A stretch of 64,000 bases of DNA. Origin: a virus. The stretch lies in IMG/VR virus record IMGVR_UViG_3300025467_000009, positions 32,001 to 96,000 of that record. The stretch is one strand, 5' to 3'. Numbering within the stretch: position 1 is the stretch's first letter; every line of letters starts with the position of its first letter. The translations under genes were made by a program, and so were the position numbers. The notes beneath the pieces are model-generated. The model was not told where the DNA came from and ran no database searches. It saw only the letters and a program-made list of their open reading frames with translations. Below, piece by piece: positions 21,801-31,396 of this stretch.

Positions 21801-21974
21801 CCGGTTATTTCTAGAGCATCTAATCAACAACTTAATATTAGTGACCAATGGACCACACCTAATAATGGTGAATCTGTACCTGGAGACGGACCTGTTATCT
21901 ATGATGAAGGCCCAGTAGATTATTCAGAAACCAATGATGAACTGGGTTTTGATACTATTCCTGAACCCAAGTAA
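18843..21974 (+). CDS. very basic repeat protein with acidic C-terminal tail, function unknown
   Basis: 1043-aa ORF coupled to upstream gene (TAATG); ~18-20-aa Arg/Lys-rich repeats; C-term YDEGPVDYSETNDELGFD. Confidence 0.7.
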   Translation: MQSIYGDSKAVLKDGIVLDSGSKRALTINIKITQVSSNYAYGVYRYYGYLIKGIFPASQRVYQNGILYPTQTIRNLVANVFVTTSAPSKVFRLLPPTLGNTYVYITNLFNRGSNLLFPVRIQQRSVSASNISVAAPVQKTTSKVITAIQGYASSALEGIQRYIGNFQLVGEQISNSFKGGLEYYYPTIQTGLNRTVYASQIGAAGIRRLKSFFIFSQQTSGSIALEGIGRNWTLGNQISAAFKGGTAYYIVPIIYTLYKLINAVNVGAASVQKTRTAFIKVLQTSASIALDGVTRANFNLGVYITNAFNRGSAYLPSPQPPISLPKSAIASVIGAARTSKAISKNVTIVRVNTSYFIENINRVVKYTGRQISQALFGGETLFPSQRTLNRTAVASFTGTIYVKASFIKLPKLISVVQVSAQSLQYLRIKKVQALLTNTAFALRPPIVRVRLINAVQVNISRAVKLVFKGKFASVTQFNSASLIRTTFRSRNYNATQVGVGVIHYIRGRNIKAVSTNAAKSLKSISKLIRVSKTNTSYAIKVFNPVKRISVTQIRSSYFIKVHNPIRAVKVTLINTASVFKQRTDFRNITVTLFNIAKPRYSRNKMIYSTTLSSSKLRTVRTKNIYASLNNIAKVSTTRVKTVRATLINIAPPRYITRGKAVSPATSINITKNYRRKALLRFPTAVEVFYFGDFRNFQKDTGKAVILYSAKVLKSSQFFRKVSVTRINTASLLRIANRVRKAQATLVNSSRSITVRIRNIRVTQLNIPRIYKVQLKNIKVLNVNSSFLRRNQLKVIRATNISIPRITTTRSKKVRVLQTNVSRFSVVKVRRVFSAVQVNSSKVQYVRSRNIRATQVRTSINTNTKHRVRYVKALLTNTSYFMRIRHYNRKATANQVVGATVTRTHQYRRNVKVTTSYSIGTNRSVNYIRKAKATSVGSITSRKYLGKHLGIQVEAIYRMAQNIITKLNIPVISNISRKQGITTKINIPVISRASNQQLNISDQWTTPNNGESVPGDGPVIYDEGPVDYSETNDELGFDTIPEPK

Positions 21975-22019
21975 AATGTACTAGAACTAAAAACTCATTT
22001 AAGGAACATAGGAGATATT

Positions 22020-22511
22020 ATGACTGATGTAAGACAAACAATTGTAGATTGGGCCAAGTGGTCAGCTGCAAACCACGCAAAATTTAATTACACTGAAGGT
22101 CCTTTACGCATGACCAATATTGGAAGGCCTGGTGCATTACCAGTAAATTCTGATTGTTCTGCTTTTGTAACTCTTTGCTATAACTGGGCCGGTGCACCAG
22201 ATCCAAATGGTCAAAGTTACAACCACACAGGATACACAGGAACACTACTTTCTCATGGTAAAAAGATTGCACTTAAGGATGTTCTTCCTGGAGATGTTAT
22301 TGTTTATGGTCCTGGGACCGGTGAACACACTGCTCTAATTGTAGATGTAACAGGTCCTAATGCAACCAATCCATTGACTATTTCAATGGGACAACAAGGT
22401 GACCCATCTTATGTTCACGTTAACCAAGATGGCCGTAAGCCTCAAACTTATCTTCGTTTTAACACTAGTGCTATTAACGCACATTCTTCACACACTCCAC
22501 AAACAAAGTAG
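22020..22511 (+). CDS. NlpC/P60-family peptidoglycan hydrolase (probable endolysin)
   Basis: SDCSAFV catalytic Cys, PGDVIVYG, GEHTALIV catalytic His; AGGAG RBS. Confidence 0.75.
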   Translation: MTDVRQTIVDWAKWSAANHAKFNYTEGPLRMTNIGRPGALPVNSDCSAFVTLCYNWAGAPDPNGQSYNHTGYTGTLLSHGKKIALKDVLPGDVIVYGPGTGEHTALIVDVTGPNATNPLTISMGQQGDPSYVHVNQDGRKPQTYLRFNTSAINAHSSHTPQTK

Positions 22512-22517
22512 GACTAA

Positions 22518-23633
22518 ATGGCTGGCCCTTACGGACAAAGACTTCGTTATAATTTTATAACAGGAACCATTAGTGGTATTAGTGCTGGTAATGTTATTAC
22601 CTTTTCAACAACTGGGGCACTAGGACCAAGCATAATTACTAGTGGTACAAATTACTTACCACTAACAATTAACCCTGCCACCTATGGTAGTACAGCCGCA
22701 AGTGAAATTGTTTATGTTTTTAGTTACACTGGTGGTAGTACAGCAACTTGTGCCCGTGCTCAAGAAGGTACTGCTAATGGTGGTAGTTGGGCAAATGGTA
22801 CAGTATATGCTCACGGTGCAACACCACAAGACTTTGGTCTAACCAATATGGTTGCAAATGGTGACATGCCTACTCCTATGGGTGATATGTACATGTTAGT
22901 ATCAAGTGGTACAGCAAGTCCATCAACTACAACTGCAGTATGGAGTATGTACACCCCTGGTACTATGCTTTCAGGTTTCCTTACTGGCCCTGGAGTTACC
23001 ATAAGTGGTAAACAAATTACCAGTAACATTCCAGCAGCTCAAGTTAGTGGGGTACTAGGAACTACTTATGGTGTTCAAGTACCTGCAACAACCCTTTCAG
23101 GAAACGCAACTACTAGTTTTCAAGTTCCCGGTAGTCAAGTATTTGGACCACTTTCTGCAAGTGGTGTAACTGGTGCACTTAACCAAGCTACAATTTCTGG
23201 TAATGCAATAACAGGAACTATTTCAGGTTCTCAAATTACAGGTATACTTAGTGGTGGGGTAGTAATTCCTGCAAGTACAGTTTCTGGAACACTTAATGGT
23301 CCTAACATTGCACTTTCAGTTGCCAATGTTACTTATGGATTAACTACAGTTACAGGGACAACTTACACAGTTCAATTGACTGATGCCGCAAACATTATTC
23401 AAATGCAAAATACTGCAACTGCAACTGTTACATTACCAACAGGTATTTTTGCTACTGGTCAACAAACAAGTATACTTCGTCAAAATACCGGGGCAGTTCT
23501 TTTCACTAGTTCAGGAACATTAATTTCTACAGGTGCAACTGCATCAAGTCCTGCAATGAGAGCTCAATATTCAGTTGCTACAGCAATTTATTTAGGAACC
23601 AACACTTGGTTGGTAACCGGAGATGTTGCCTAG
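22518..23633 (+). CDS. tail fibre-like structural protein
   Basis: Ser/Thr/Gly-rich; N-term EIVYV..ARAQEGT resembles the adaptor domain; C-term TYTVQLTDA..RAQYSVATAIYLGTNTWLVTGD. Confidence 0.6.
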   Translation: MAGPYGQRLRYNFITGTISGISAGNVITFSTTGALGPSIITSGTNYLPLTINPATYGSTAASEIVYVFSYTGGSTATCARAQEGTANGGSWANGTVYAHGATPQDFGLTNMVANGDMPTPMGDMYMLVSSGTASPSTTTAVWSMYTPGTMLSGFLTGPGVTISGKQITSNIPAAQVSGVLGTTYGVQVPATTLSGNATTSFQVPGSQVFGPLSASGVTGALNQATISGNAITGTISGSQITGILSGGVVIPASTVSGTLNGPNIALSVANVTYGLTTVTGTTYTVQLTDAANIIQMQNTATATVTLPTGIFATGQQTSILRQNTGAVLFTSSGTLISTGATASSPAMRAQYSVATAIYLGTNTWLVTGDVA

Positions 23634-23635
23634 TC

Positions 23636-25501
23636 ATGATTCCTGGGGTAATTGCATCTTCTTGGCGACTTACTGGTCCCTTAGCAATAATTACCAGTAA
23701 TGTAACTACAAGACTTTACACTGGGAAAACTACAAATTTTGGTTATGTAAGTGCTACAGGTGGTAGTACAGTTTATAGTTTTAGTTCTACAGCACTCCCC
23801 ACAGGATTAACACTTAATGCAAGTACAGGTTACCTTTCTGGTAATATAACAGCAGCAACTGGTAGTTATACAGTTACTTTTACTGTAACAGATATCAGTA
23901 CAAGTTTTACTAAACAAGGTTCTGTTACATTTACAGTTACAACAGCACTTGCACTTTCTACCGCAAGTCTTAATACTTCAGGTTCTATAGGAACTCCATA
24001 TAGTAGTTCTATTACAGCAACAGGTGGTGCAGGAAGTTATGTGTATTCAGTTAATTCTGGTAGTTTACCTAATGGACTTACTTTAAATACTAGTACAGGT
24101 GCAATAACAGGAACCCCAACTACAGGTGGAACAAGCACTGTAACCTTTAAAGTAGTTGATGCAGACAGTAACCAAGTTACATCTAGTTCGGTTACTTTCT
24201 CAATTACTGTAACATTAACTGTAAGTGACAGTGATGGTTCAGGAACTATTGTTAAAACTGATGGTGCCAGTATGGGAACCATTAGTGCAACTGGTGGAAC
24301 TGGTCCTTACACTTATTCCTATGCTGGTAATTTGCCTACAGGAACTAGTTTTGGAGCATCTTACCCAAGTTATGGAAGTAGTGGTTCTATTACAGGAACT
24401 GTTGCAACTGCTGGTGCAGGTGGTACATTTACAGTTACTTTTTATGCCAAAGATTCACTTGGTAACACAGGGCAAACTACTGTTACATATTCTGTTACAG
24501 GTGTTGCTCCAAATGCAGTTACAGGACTTACTGCCACTGTAACAAACTCTACTACTGTTGCTTTAAGTTGGAGTCTACCTACAGGTGGAGGTCCAATTAA
24601 TAGTATTAGTATATCTAGTACACCTTCTATATCATTGAGTTACAGTACTACAAGTACTTCAACAAGTGCAAGTGTAACTGGAAGTTTTGTTCCAGGGACT
24701 TCTTATACCTTTACTGTTACTACTACTAATGGTACAGGTTCTGCAAATGCTACAAGTAATAATGTAACTCCAGCAGCTACAACACTTACTGTTAACTATA
24801 TTGTAGTGGGTGGTGGAGGTGGTGGTGGTTGGTATACAGGTGGTGGAGCAGGTCAAGTTGTAACTGGTTCAACTTCTGTTACTCTTGGAAATGCCATCTC
24901 TATTAGTACGGGTGCTGGTGGAACTTATATTGGCGGACAAAATGGCGGTAATGCAGGCTCTGCAACAGTAGTTACTGGCGGTATAGTTTCCACTGCAGGT
25001 GGTGGTAATGGTGGAGCTTCTGGATCACCAGGCACTGGTAATAAAGGCTCTGGTGGTAGCAGCGGTAATGGTTATAGTGGTGGAGCAGGAGCTAGTTATC
25101 GAGGCGGTGGAGGTGCTGGTGCTGCTGGCAATGGTGCAGCTGGTACAGGTACTACTACGGGGAATAGTATTGGTGGTAATGGTGGGGCATACTGGGGAAG
25201 TATTTACATTTCTTTTGCAGGTGGAGGAACTTATTTGCCAATTGGTTATGGTGGTGAAGGTCACGGTACAGCCGCTAACGGTAATGGTAATGGCAATAAT
25301 GGTGGTTCTTATGGTGGTGGAGGTGCTTGGGAACAACAAGGCAGTGGTGGTATGGTAGCATTCTGGTGGTCATCAAGTAATTACCCAGGAACTCCAAGTA
25401 CTACTGGTGTAGAATTTGCTGGAACAGATGCTTCAGGAAATGTTATTTATATATGGGGTTCTGGTAGTACCGGTGGTAGCAGTGGGACAATTACTTTTTA
25501 A
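23636..25501 (+). CDS. Ig-like (putative Ig) repeats + FN3-like + Gly-rich domain virion protein
   Basis: Three ATGG..PY/VY.(F/Y)S...LP.G...SG.ITG units; AP.AVTGLTA..VALSWSLP; YIVVGGGGGGG; ATG at 23636 preferred. Confidence 0.7.
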   Translation: MIPGVIASSWRLTGPLAIITSNVTTRLYTGKTTNFGYVSATGGSTVYSFSSTALPTGLTLNASTGYLSGNITAATGSYTVTFTVTDISTSFTKQGSVTFTVTTALALSTASLNTSGSIGTPYSSSITATGGAGSYVYSVNSGSLPNGLTLNTSTGAITGTPTTGGTSTVTFKVVDADSNQVTSSSVTFSITVTLTVSDSDGSGTIVKTDGASMGTISATGGTGPYTYSYAGNLPTGTSFGASYPSYGSSGSITGTVATAGAGGTFTVTFYAKDSLGNTGQTTVTYSVTGVAPNAVTGLTATVTNSTTVALSWSLPTGGGPINSISISSTPSISLSYSTTSTSTSASVTGSFVPGTSYTFTVTTTNGTGSANATSNNVTPAATTLTVNYIVVGGGGGGGWYTGGGAGQVVTGSTSVTLGNAISISTGAGGTYIGGQNGGNAGSATVVTGGIVSTAGGGNGGASGSPGTGNKGSGGSSGNGYSGGAGASYRGGGGAGAAGNGAAGTGTTTGNSIGGNGGAYWGSIYISFAGGGTYLPIGYGGEGHGTAANGNGNGNNGGSYGGGGAWEQQGSGGMVAFWWSSSNYPGTPSTTGVEFAGTDASGNVIYIWGSGSTGGSSGTITF

Positions 25502-25510
25502 GGATAAAAT

Positions 25511-26377
25511 ATGAGACCAAGACCCGTACCTCAATATGCAATTGAACCAGTTGGAATTATGATTTATTCTAACGGTGTACTTATTGACCCTGATAACGAT
25601 ATTGTCACACTTACAATGGTAAATACAGACAATAATACAACTGTTATTCCTAGCGGTACACTTGCCACCCGTGAAAGTGTTGGTCAATATCAGTATACAC
25701 TTACAAGTTCAGAATCTAGTATTCAAGGAAATTACCAAGTAAATTGGTATTACACTGTTAGTGGTAGTGGAAGACAATATCAAGATAATTTGGTGATAAC
25801 TGACCAAATGCCTTATTTCCAAAATTTAACTTACGACCAAAGACAAATAGCCATAGGCATTGCTCACAGAATTGACAAGAGTTTTGACTCAACTCAAGGT
25901 GGGCCTTACTTGCAAGAACTTCAACAAAGTGGTTTTAACTTGTTTGAAGAAGTAGCATACATCATGAGTACAGAAGCACTTGACTATTGCAACTTTGAAT
26001 TCCAACCAATTTTTACACCAGCTTATGAAGTTGGGAATAATGCAATGGCACCATGGCCTTCAACTTACATGGGTGTTCTTGCAACTCAAACATATGCAAA
26101 CTTCTTAAAGCACATTGCTCGTAACTACATTGAACAACCAACACCTGAAGGTATGACAGCGGCTTGGATGAATCGCCGTGACTACTATCAACGTTGGTGG
26201 CAACTTTATGAATTTGAAAAAGAAATTGCAGATAAGCAACTTCGCCAAATGAAGCGTCAATACATGGTTGGTTCTAAGAGAAGTCTTTTGGTTGCTGGTG
26301 GACTTATTCCACGTATGTTTACCAATCCAGCACGTCCTCACTACATGTATGCCTCAGTTAACGCTGGTGGTATTTAA
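25511..26377 (+). CDS. putative head-tail adaptor/neck protein
   Basis: First gene of the neck-tail block; Ig-like N-term and helical C-term; positional inference. Confidence 0.45.
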   Translation: MRPRPVPQYAIEPVGIMIYSNGVLIDPDNDIVTLTMVNTDNNTTVIPSGTLATRESVGQYQYTLTSSESSIQGNYQVNWYYTVSGSGRQYQDNLVITDQMPYFQNLTYDQRQIAIGIAHRIDKSFDSTQGGPYLQELQQSGFNLFEEVAYIMSTEALDYCNFEFQPIFTPAYEVGNNAMAPWPSTYMGVLATQTYANFLKHIARNYIEQPTPEGMTAAWMNRRDYYQRWWQLYEFEKEIADKQLRQMKRQYMVGSKRSLLVAGGLIPRMFTNPARPHYMYASVNAGGI

Positions 26378-27147
26378 TGTCTAATGTCCCTAATGACATT
26401 CCAAATACTTGGGGACTTGGTATTGACCCACAACCTTTGCCGGTACAACCTGCACCTGAACCTTTTGGTCAACTTCCTTACCAACAAGAAAGTCCTTTAC
26501 TAGTAGTAAAGCAAAGAGACCTTTGGGCAGAAATTGACCAACAAAGATTTCATGATGAAACTTTGCAATGGTTTGGCGAAGAGTGCATTGTTAGATTACT
26601 TTGGCGTGCAGAAGATGCAGCCGCTGGATTAGTTACTTACTGCCAGACATGCCAAGTAACTCCAAACCCAACACAACCTAATGCCAATGTTAAAGCAAGA
26701 GCAAGTGCTGTTTACAGACAAAGTGGTAACAGTTATTGCCCTGATTGTTATGGTACTACATTTACAGGTGGTTTTCAACCTATTGCCTATCACCTTTACA
26801 TGTTAGCATCTGATACACCTGATATTCGTAGAAGTATGCAAGTTGGTCAATTCTGGCAACAGAATCCATCTGTTCAATTCTCATGGTATCCACAAATTCG
26901 CCAAGGTGATTTGGTTGTTAGAGTTGAAAATTGGAACGGTAATGTCCCAACTTTTACTTCACAGAGATTTCAAGTAAATAATGTTAATCCAGTTACTATT
27001 CGTACAGGTCCTGGTCCAAGTTCTCAATACCCTTATAGAGTTGGTACTACACAACCTTTTCAGAATACAAATAAAATTGTAAATCAAACTTGTACACTAG
27101 AAGCATTACCACCTGACAGTCCTTACTATTCGGTACCAGTTATATGA
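26377..27147 (+). CDS. putative head-closure protein with CxxC...CxxC motif
   Basis: CQTC..CPDCYGTTFTGGF; IRQGDLVV; position in neck block. Confidence 0.5.
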   Translation: MSNVPNDIPNTWGLGIDPQPLPVQPAPEPFGQLPYQQESPLLVVKQRDLWAEIDQQRFHDETLQWFGEECIVRLLWRAEDAAAGLVTYCQTCQVTPNPTQPNANVKARASAVYRQSGNSYCPDCYGTTFTGGFQPIAYHLYMLASDTPDIRRSMQVGQFWQQNPSVQFSWYPQIRQGDLVVRVENWNGNVPTFTSQRFQVNNVNPVTIRTGPGPSSQYPYRVGTTQPFQNTNKIVNQTCTLEALPPDSPYYSVPVI

Positions 27148-27632
27148 AATTACCTGAAAGAGTCACTTACCAAATTTCAAGAAGAGCATTGGAGATTGCC
27201 TATGACAATGCGCCTAAGGATACAGGTTCAGGAGCATCTAGACTTCAAGCAATAAATGCAGAAGGAATGGTTGGTATAAAAGCTCCTGACTACATGGTGG
27301 TTCAAAATTTTGGTGCAAAACCAAGAGTAATGTGGGAACTTTCAGGTAAGGTAATTCCAATTAGGTTACCTTCTGGCCAAATAATTTTTAGGACTGCTAC
27401 TGCTAGTAATATTGGTAAAACTAAAATAGTTTCTCGTGATGAAAAGGGAAGAATTATTAGTACCAAAATTAGTTGGAGGTACCCAGGACTTAAAGGTAGC
27501 CACTTCATTGATAATGCTCTTAAACAAGCATTTAATGAATGGGCAAGAGCTTCATCAGGTGCAGGAGCTATTTCAATGTTAGAAGAGAGCGAAGTCCGTT
27601 TTCTTATAGAGACTATAAAAGAGTTACGCTAA
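27144..27632 (+). CDS. putative neck/tail-completion protein (HK97 gp10-like)
   Basis: APKDTG..YPGLKGSHFIDNAL motifs; basic. Confidence 0.5.
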   Translation: MKLPERVTYQISRRALEIAYDNAPKDTGSGASRLQAINAEGMVGIKAPDYMVVQNFGAKPRVMWELSGKVIPIRLPSGQIIFRTATASNIGKTKIVSRDEKGRIISTKISWRYPGLKGSHFIDNALKQAFNEWARASSGAGAISMLEESEVRFLIETIKELR

Positions 27633-28285
27633 TGCTTATTACAGGTGTAAAAATTGCAATAGTAGAAGCACTTGTTGCCGGATTTAATGCAATAAATCCT
27701 GCCCCATCAGGTCGTCAAGTTGGTATACCAAGTTCTTCAACTTTAGACCTAACACCAAACTCAGTAACAATTGAGTATCCAAAAGAGATGGCTCACTGGC
27801 CTGCAATCTTTGTCCAGTTCAGGCCTTCTAAGACTCAGTGGAGTGGTCTTTACCCAGACACTTACACTTTACCAAGTGGCCAGTATATCTATGGTGCTCA
27901 AGCCGCACTTATGGATAGAACAGGTTACTTTGAAGGGTCAATTGACCTTCAAGTTCTTGCTTTAACTTCTGAAGAAAGAGACCAATTATGGGATACTTTG
28001 TATAATTTGGTCTTAATGAACCCTGGAAACCCAGGAAGTAATGCATTTTATCAAAGTTTAGCAAACAATAATCTTGTAGGGATGACAATTCTTCAAGGAA
28101 CAGTTCAGACACTAGGAGACACAGTTTCTCCTGGAACACCCTGGAGTCCTGAAGAATTTAGTTATGAATCCTCTGTAAGAATCCAATGTGTAGGTGACTT
28201 CTATGAAAGCAAGTTTGATGTTCTAACACCTACCCTACAAACCGTAGTATTAAGTGGAACACTTTCTTATCAATTTGAAGCTTAA
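27632..28285 (+). CDS. putative tail terminator protein
   Basis: EYP..WPAIFV..IDLQVLALTSEERDQLWD; directly upstream of sheath; ATG at 27632 overlaps the upstream stop. Confidence 0.5.
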   Translation: MLITGVKIAIVEALVAGFNAINPAPSGRQVGIPSSSTLDLTPNSVTIEYPKEMAHWPAIFVQFRPSKTQWSGLYPDTYTLPSGQYIYGAQAALMDRTGYFEGSIDLQVLALTSEERDQLWDTLYNLVLMNPGNPGSNAFYQSLANNNLVGMTILQGTVQTLGDTVSPGTPWSPEEFSYESSVRIQCVGDFYESKFDVLTPTLQTVVLSGTLSYQFEA

Positions 28286-28337
28286 CATTGTAAAAATAAA
28301 AAGATGTCATACTTAGTACCTGTAAGGAGAATTCTCT

Positions 28338-29849
28338 ATGGCCGTTAACAACTATCAGAACCCAGGGGTTTATGTAAGTCAGGTTACCAACCCGTCACTT
28401 ACTACAGCCAACCCCCAATCACTTAACATTTGCTTCCTTGCAAATGCTAGTGGCAATAACCCAGTTGCTCCTCAGACCGACCGTTTTCTTGTAACTTCCG
28501 GAACTTCAGCCCCTATGAGTTTTGCATTAACTCAAAGCGGTGTAGTAACTTCTAGTGTTGTAGTAACTAACAATACAACCGGAGCAACATTAACACTTGG
28601 TACTGACTATGCATTAACTACTGTTAATAATACTACTACACTTACTACAATTACAGGTGGATCAGGAATTGCTGGTGTTGGTGCAAATGGTTGGATTGCA
28701 ACTAACTATAACTACACAACAGCAGTTCCAGGTCAAACCTATACTTTCTATAACTTTAATAGTGTTCAAAATACTTTTGGTCCTGCTTTCAGTTATAACA
28801 ATAATGGTACAGTAACTGTAAACAGCCCTGCATCTTTTGCTTCTTGGCTTGCCTTCCAGAATGGTGCTCAAGTTGTAAGTTGTCAAAACATTATTAGTGC
28901 TAGCGGTAATACTGGTACTGAGCAAGACTTCCTAAACGCAGTTCAAGGACTTGTAAAAGTTCCTGGAATTAACGTTATTGTTCCACTTAAGTATGACACA
29001 ACTTACAACCCAGGTGGTAGTGGTGCTGGAACATTGTTTGGTGGACTTAACAATTTCTTGACCGCTCAAGCAACCAACGGTGTTTATCAAAGAGCATTTG
29101 TTGGTATGGATTCCACAGTTAGTGGTACAAACCTAATCAACACAGTTTCAAAGATTGCAACTGCTATTGGTTCTAATGGTTCTGGTTCAAGAATGACTTT
29201 AGCAGTTCCACAACAAGTTAATGTTAACCCAGGACTTAACTCAGTTACTGGTATCAGTACTAGTTATGTAACTGTTGATGGTATTTACTTGGCAGCTGCA
29301 CTTGCTGGTTTATTCACAGGTCAGGCAGATGTTTATGTTCCAATTACTCACAAGAATGTAAATGCAATTCAAAGTATTCCTAACCAAATTTCTGCAAGTG
29401 ACAGTACTACAATTCAGAGTTTTGGTGGTACAGTTGTTAGACAACGTGCAAATGGTACACTTTATGTACGTCATGGTTTGACACTAAATACTACAAACTG
29501 GTTGACCCAAGAACTTTCAATTCAAGCAATTGGTGACAGACTGAGTAATAACATTGCTCAAACTCTCAATAACTCAACACTTATTGGTAGTCCACTAACA
29601 AACAATACACTAGCAAGTTTGCAAAGTACAGTCTTGGCAACTTTGATGAGAGCAGTTAATACTAATCTTATTCAGAGTTACCAAAACCTGACTTATGCTA
29701 CAAACCCAGCTAATCCTACAAATGTAGTTGTTAGTTTCCAATACTCACCAACAATTCCACTGAACTACGTTAATGTTAACCTATCTGTCAATGTTCAAAC
29801 AGGGTCTATTACTTCTGTAAGTAACGTTGGTAGTACATACGTAGGCTAG
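28338..29849 (+). CDS. contractile tail sheath protein
   Basis: YQNPGVYV N-term; YLAAALAGL..PITHK; VRHGLT..ELSI; V.FQYSP..PLNYVNV C-term. Confidence 0.85.
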   Translation: MAVNNYQNPGVYVSQVTNPSLTTANPQSLNICFLANASGNNPVAPQTDRFLVTSGTSAPMSFALTQSGVVTSSVVVTNNTTGATLTLGTDYALTTVNNTTTLTTITGGSGIAGVGANGWIATNYNYTTAVPGQTYTFYNFNSVQNTFGPAFSYNNNGTVTVNSPASFASWLAFQNGAQVVSCQNIISASGNTGTEQDFLNAVQGLVKVPGINVIVPLKYDTTYNPGGSGAGTLFGGLNNFLTAQATNGVYQRAFVGMDSTVSGTNLINTVSKIATAIGSNGSGSRMTLAVPQQVNVNPGLNSVTGISTSYVTVDGIYLAAALAGLFTGQADVYVPITHKNVNAIQSIPNQISASDSTTIQSFGGTVVRQRANGTLYVRHGLTLNTTNWLTQELSIQAIGDRLSNNIAQTLNNSTLIGSPLTNNTLASLQSTVLATLMRAVNTNLIQSYQNLTYATNPANPTNVVVSFQYSPTIPLNYVNVNLSVNVQTGSITSVSNVGSTYVG

Positions 29850-29863
29850 AAAGAAAGTAACTT

Positions 29864-30400
29864 ATGGCAACCTCAAAGTTTCGCGTAGGTGGTGGTTATA
29901 CCTCCATCAACTTTAATGGACAACCTCTACTATATGTAGATGTTATTAGAGAGACAGCACCACGCCCTGTCGCTCAAGCACAATCTATTCAACCAATGGA
30001 CAGTGCTTATCCAATTGAAATTGCTTTTCCGGCAGCACTAGAAGCCGGTAATCTTGATATTACATTCCGTGAACAATGGGATGCAGAAGTCTGGGCATAT
30101 CTACCTGGAGCTGGTTTTCAAAATGCCAGTGACTTGTTGGATGTTTTCAGGGCACAGTTAACAGGAAGTGCATTAGGCAACGACTGGACTGTGACAAAAG
30201 TAATCACAAACCCAAACGGTAATCACAGAACGATTACTTACATGGGTATTGTGGTAGTTAATGTTATGGTAGACGAAGTTGTAAATATCGGATCTATGAC
30301 ATTCCCGAAGAGCGTTCAGATGATGTATCTCCGTCGTCAAGAATCCCAAAATGTAAACAACTCTTCAGCTTTGACCTACCCAGGTCAACAGGTTCTCTAA
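29864..30400 (+). CDS. tail tube protein
   Basis: 178 aa directly after sheath; beta-rich; positional inference. Confidence 0.65.
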   Translation: MATSKFRVGGGYTSINFNGQPLLYVDVIRETAPRPVAQAQSIQPMDSAYPIEIAFPAALEAGNLDITFREQWDAEVWAYLPGAGFQNASDLLDVFRAQLTGSALGNDWTVTKVITNPNGNHRTITYMGIVVVNVMVDEVVNIGSMTFPKSVQMMYLRRQESQNVNNSSALTYPGQQVL

Positions 30401-30421
30401 TTCTTAGAAAGGAATATTAAA

Positions 30422-31345
30422 ATGCCTGCCCGTTCAGTAGTAATTCAATTGCAGCCTGGAGTACAACAAGCTATCCTTCCGGACCACCGTAAGATGCTTC
30501 CAGGAATCCAATATGTAATCGACTGGGAAACCTTCGACAAGCTTTCGCTAGGTGCCCGTCAAAATGTTATTCAAGTTGTAACCGTTAATAATGACGCTAC
30601 AACTGCAAGTGGTTCATATGTACTTGCTCAGTCTTCAACAGGTGTTAACGCACAGTTGAGCCTTAGTACTGTACTTACAACCGTAAGCACCACACCAACC
30701 ACTTACACTCTTGCTGGTTTTGCAAGTCAGGGTTATGATGCAGGTGGAACACAAGGTACCAACGTTGGTGTTAGTCCAAACTATACTGGTAATGCTTCTA
30801 ACCAAGCACTTACTGGTCCTGCCGGTGAGCGTTACCTATATGTTTACAATGCTAACGCTACTATTACAAGTGGTCAAGTAACTGTATGGCAAGACGAAGT
30901 ATCTCGCTTTGCTACCAACGGCCGTCCTACCTACCAAGTATTTGTTGATGGACAAGGTACACAGTACGTAGCTTCTAGTGATGACACTAACGTTAACCCA
31001 ACAGTTGTAGGTACAAAGGCCGGCCGCTTTGCTGGTGTTGCTCTTGTTACTATTCCTAGTGGTAACTACGGTTGGATCCAATCAGAAGGTTTCTGCCCAT
31101 ACGTTTCAGCTAGTGGTAACTTTGCTGCTGGTGCTACACTTGCCGTTGGTGGTACTGGTGTTGCTAACTCACAAGCTAGTGGTGCAACTGTTGTTAATGG
31201 TGTTACCGTTTCAGGTAGTGCACTTTCAAACAACGTATTTGGTACAGCACTTGCTTCACTTAGTGGAACTGGTTTCATTAGTGCAGACATCCGTTCAGTA
31301 TCTAAGGTCAAGAAGCCTTACAACCGTTTCCTTAATAAGAACTAA
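30422..31345 (+). CDS. putative decoration/cement-like virion protein
   Basis: RYLYVY..FAGVALVTIPSGNYGWIQSEG resembles capsid decoration folds; AAAGGA RBS. Confidence 0.4.
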   Translation: MPARSVVIQLQPGVQQAILPDHRKMLPGIQYVIDWETFDKLSLGARQNVIQVVTVNNDATTASGSYVLAQSSTGVNAQLSLSTVLTTVSTTPTTYTLAGFASQGYDAGGTQGTNVGVSPNYTGNASNQALTGPAGERYLYVYNANATITSGQVTVWQDEVSRFATNGRPTYQVFVDGQGTQYVASSDDTNVNPTVVGTKAGRFAGVALVTIPSGNYGWIQSEGFCPYVSASGNFAAGATLAVGGTGVANSQASGATVVNGVTVSGSALSNNVFGTALASLSGTGFISADIRSVSKVKKPYNRFLNKN

Positions 31346-31396
31346 TTAATCATCTATAATTATTGGTAGGTAGTTACCCTTGACCAAGGAGTAGAG

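Noticed and set aside
4740-25330. GGT/GGN runs as microsatellites or a CRISPR array
   Set aside because: They encode poly-Gly stretches; there is no repeat-spacer periodicity
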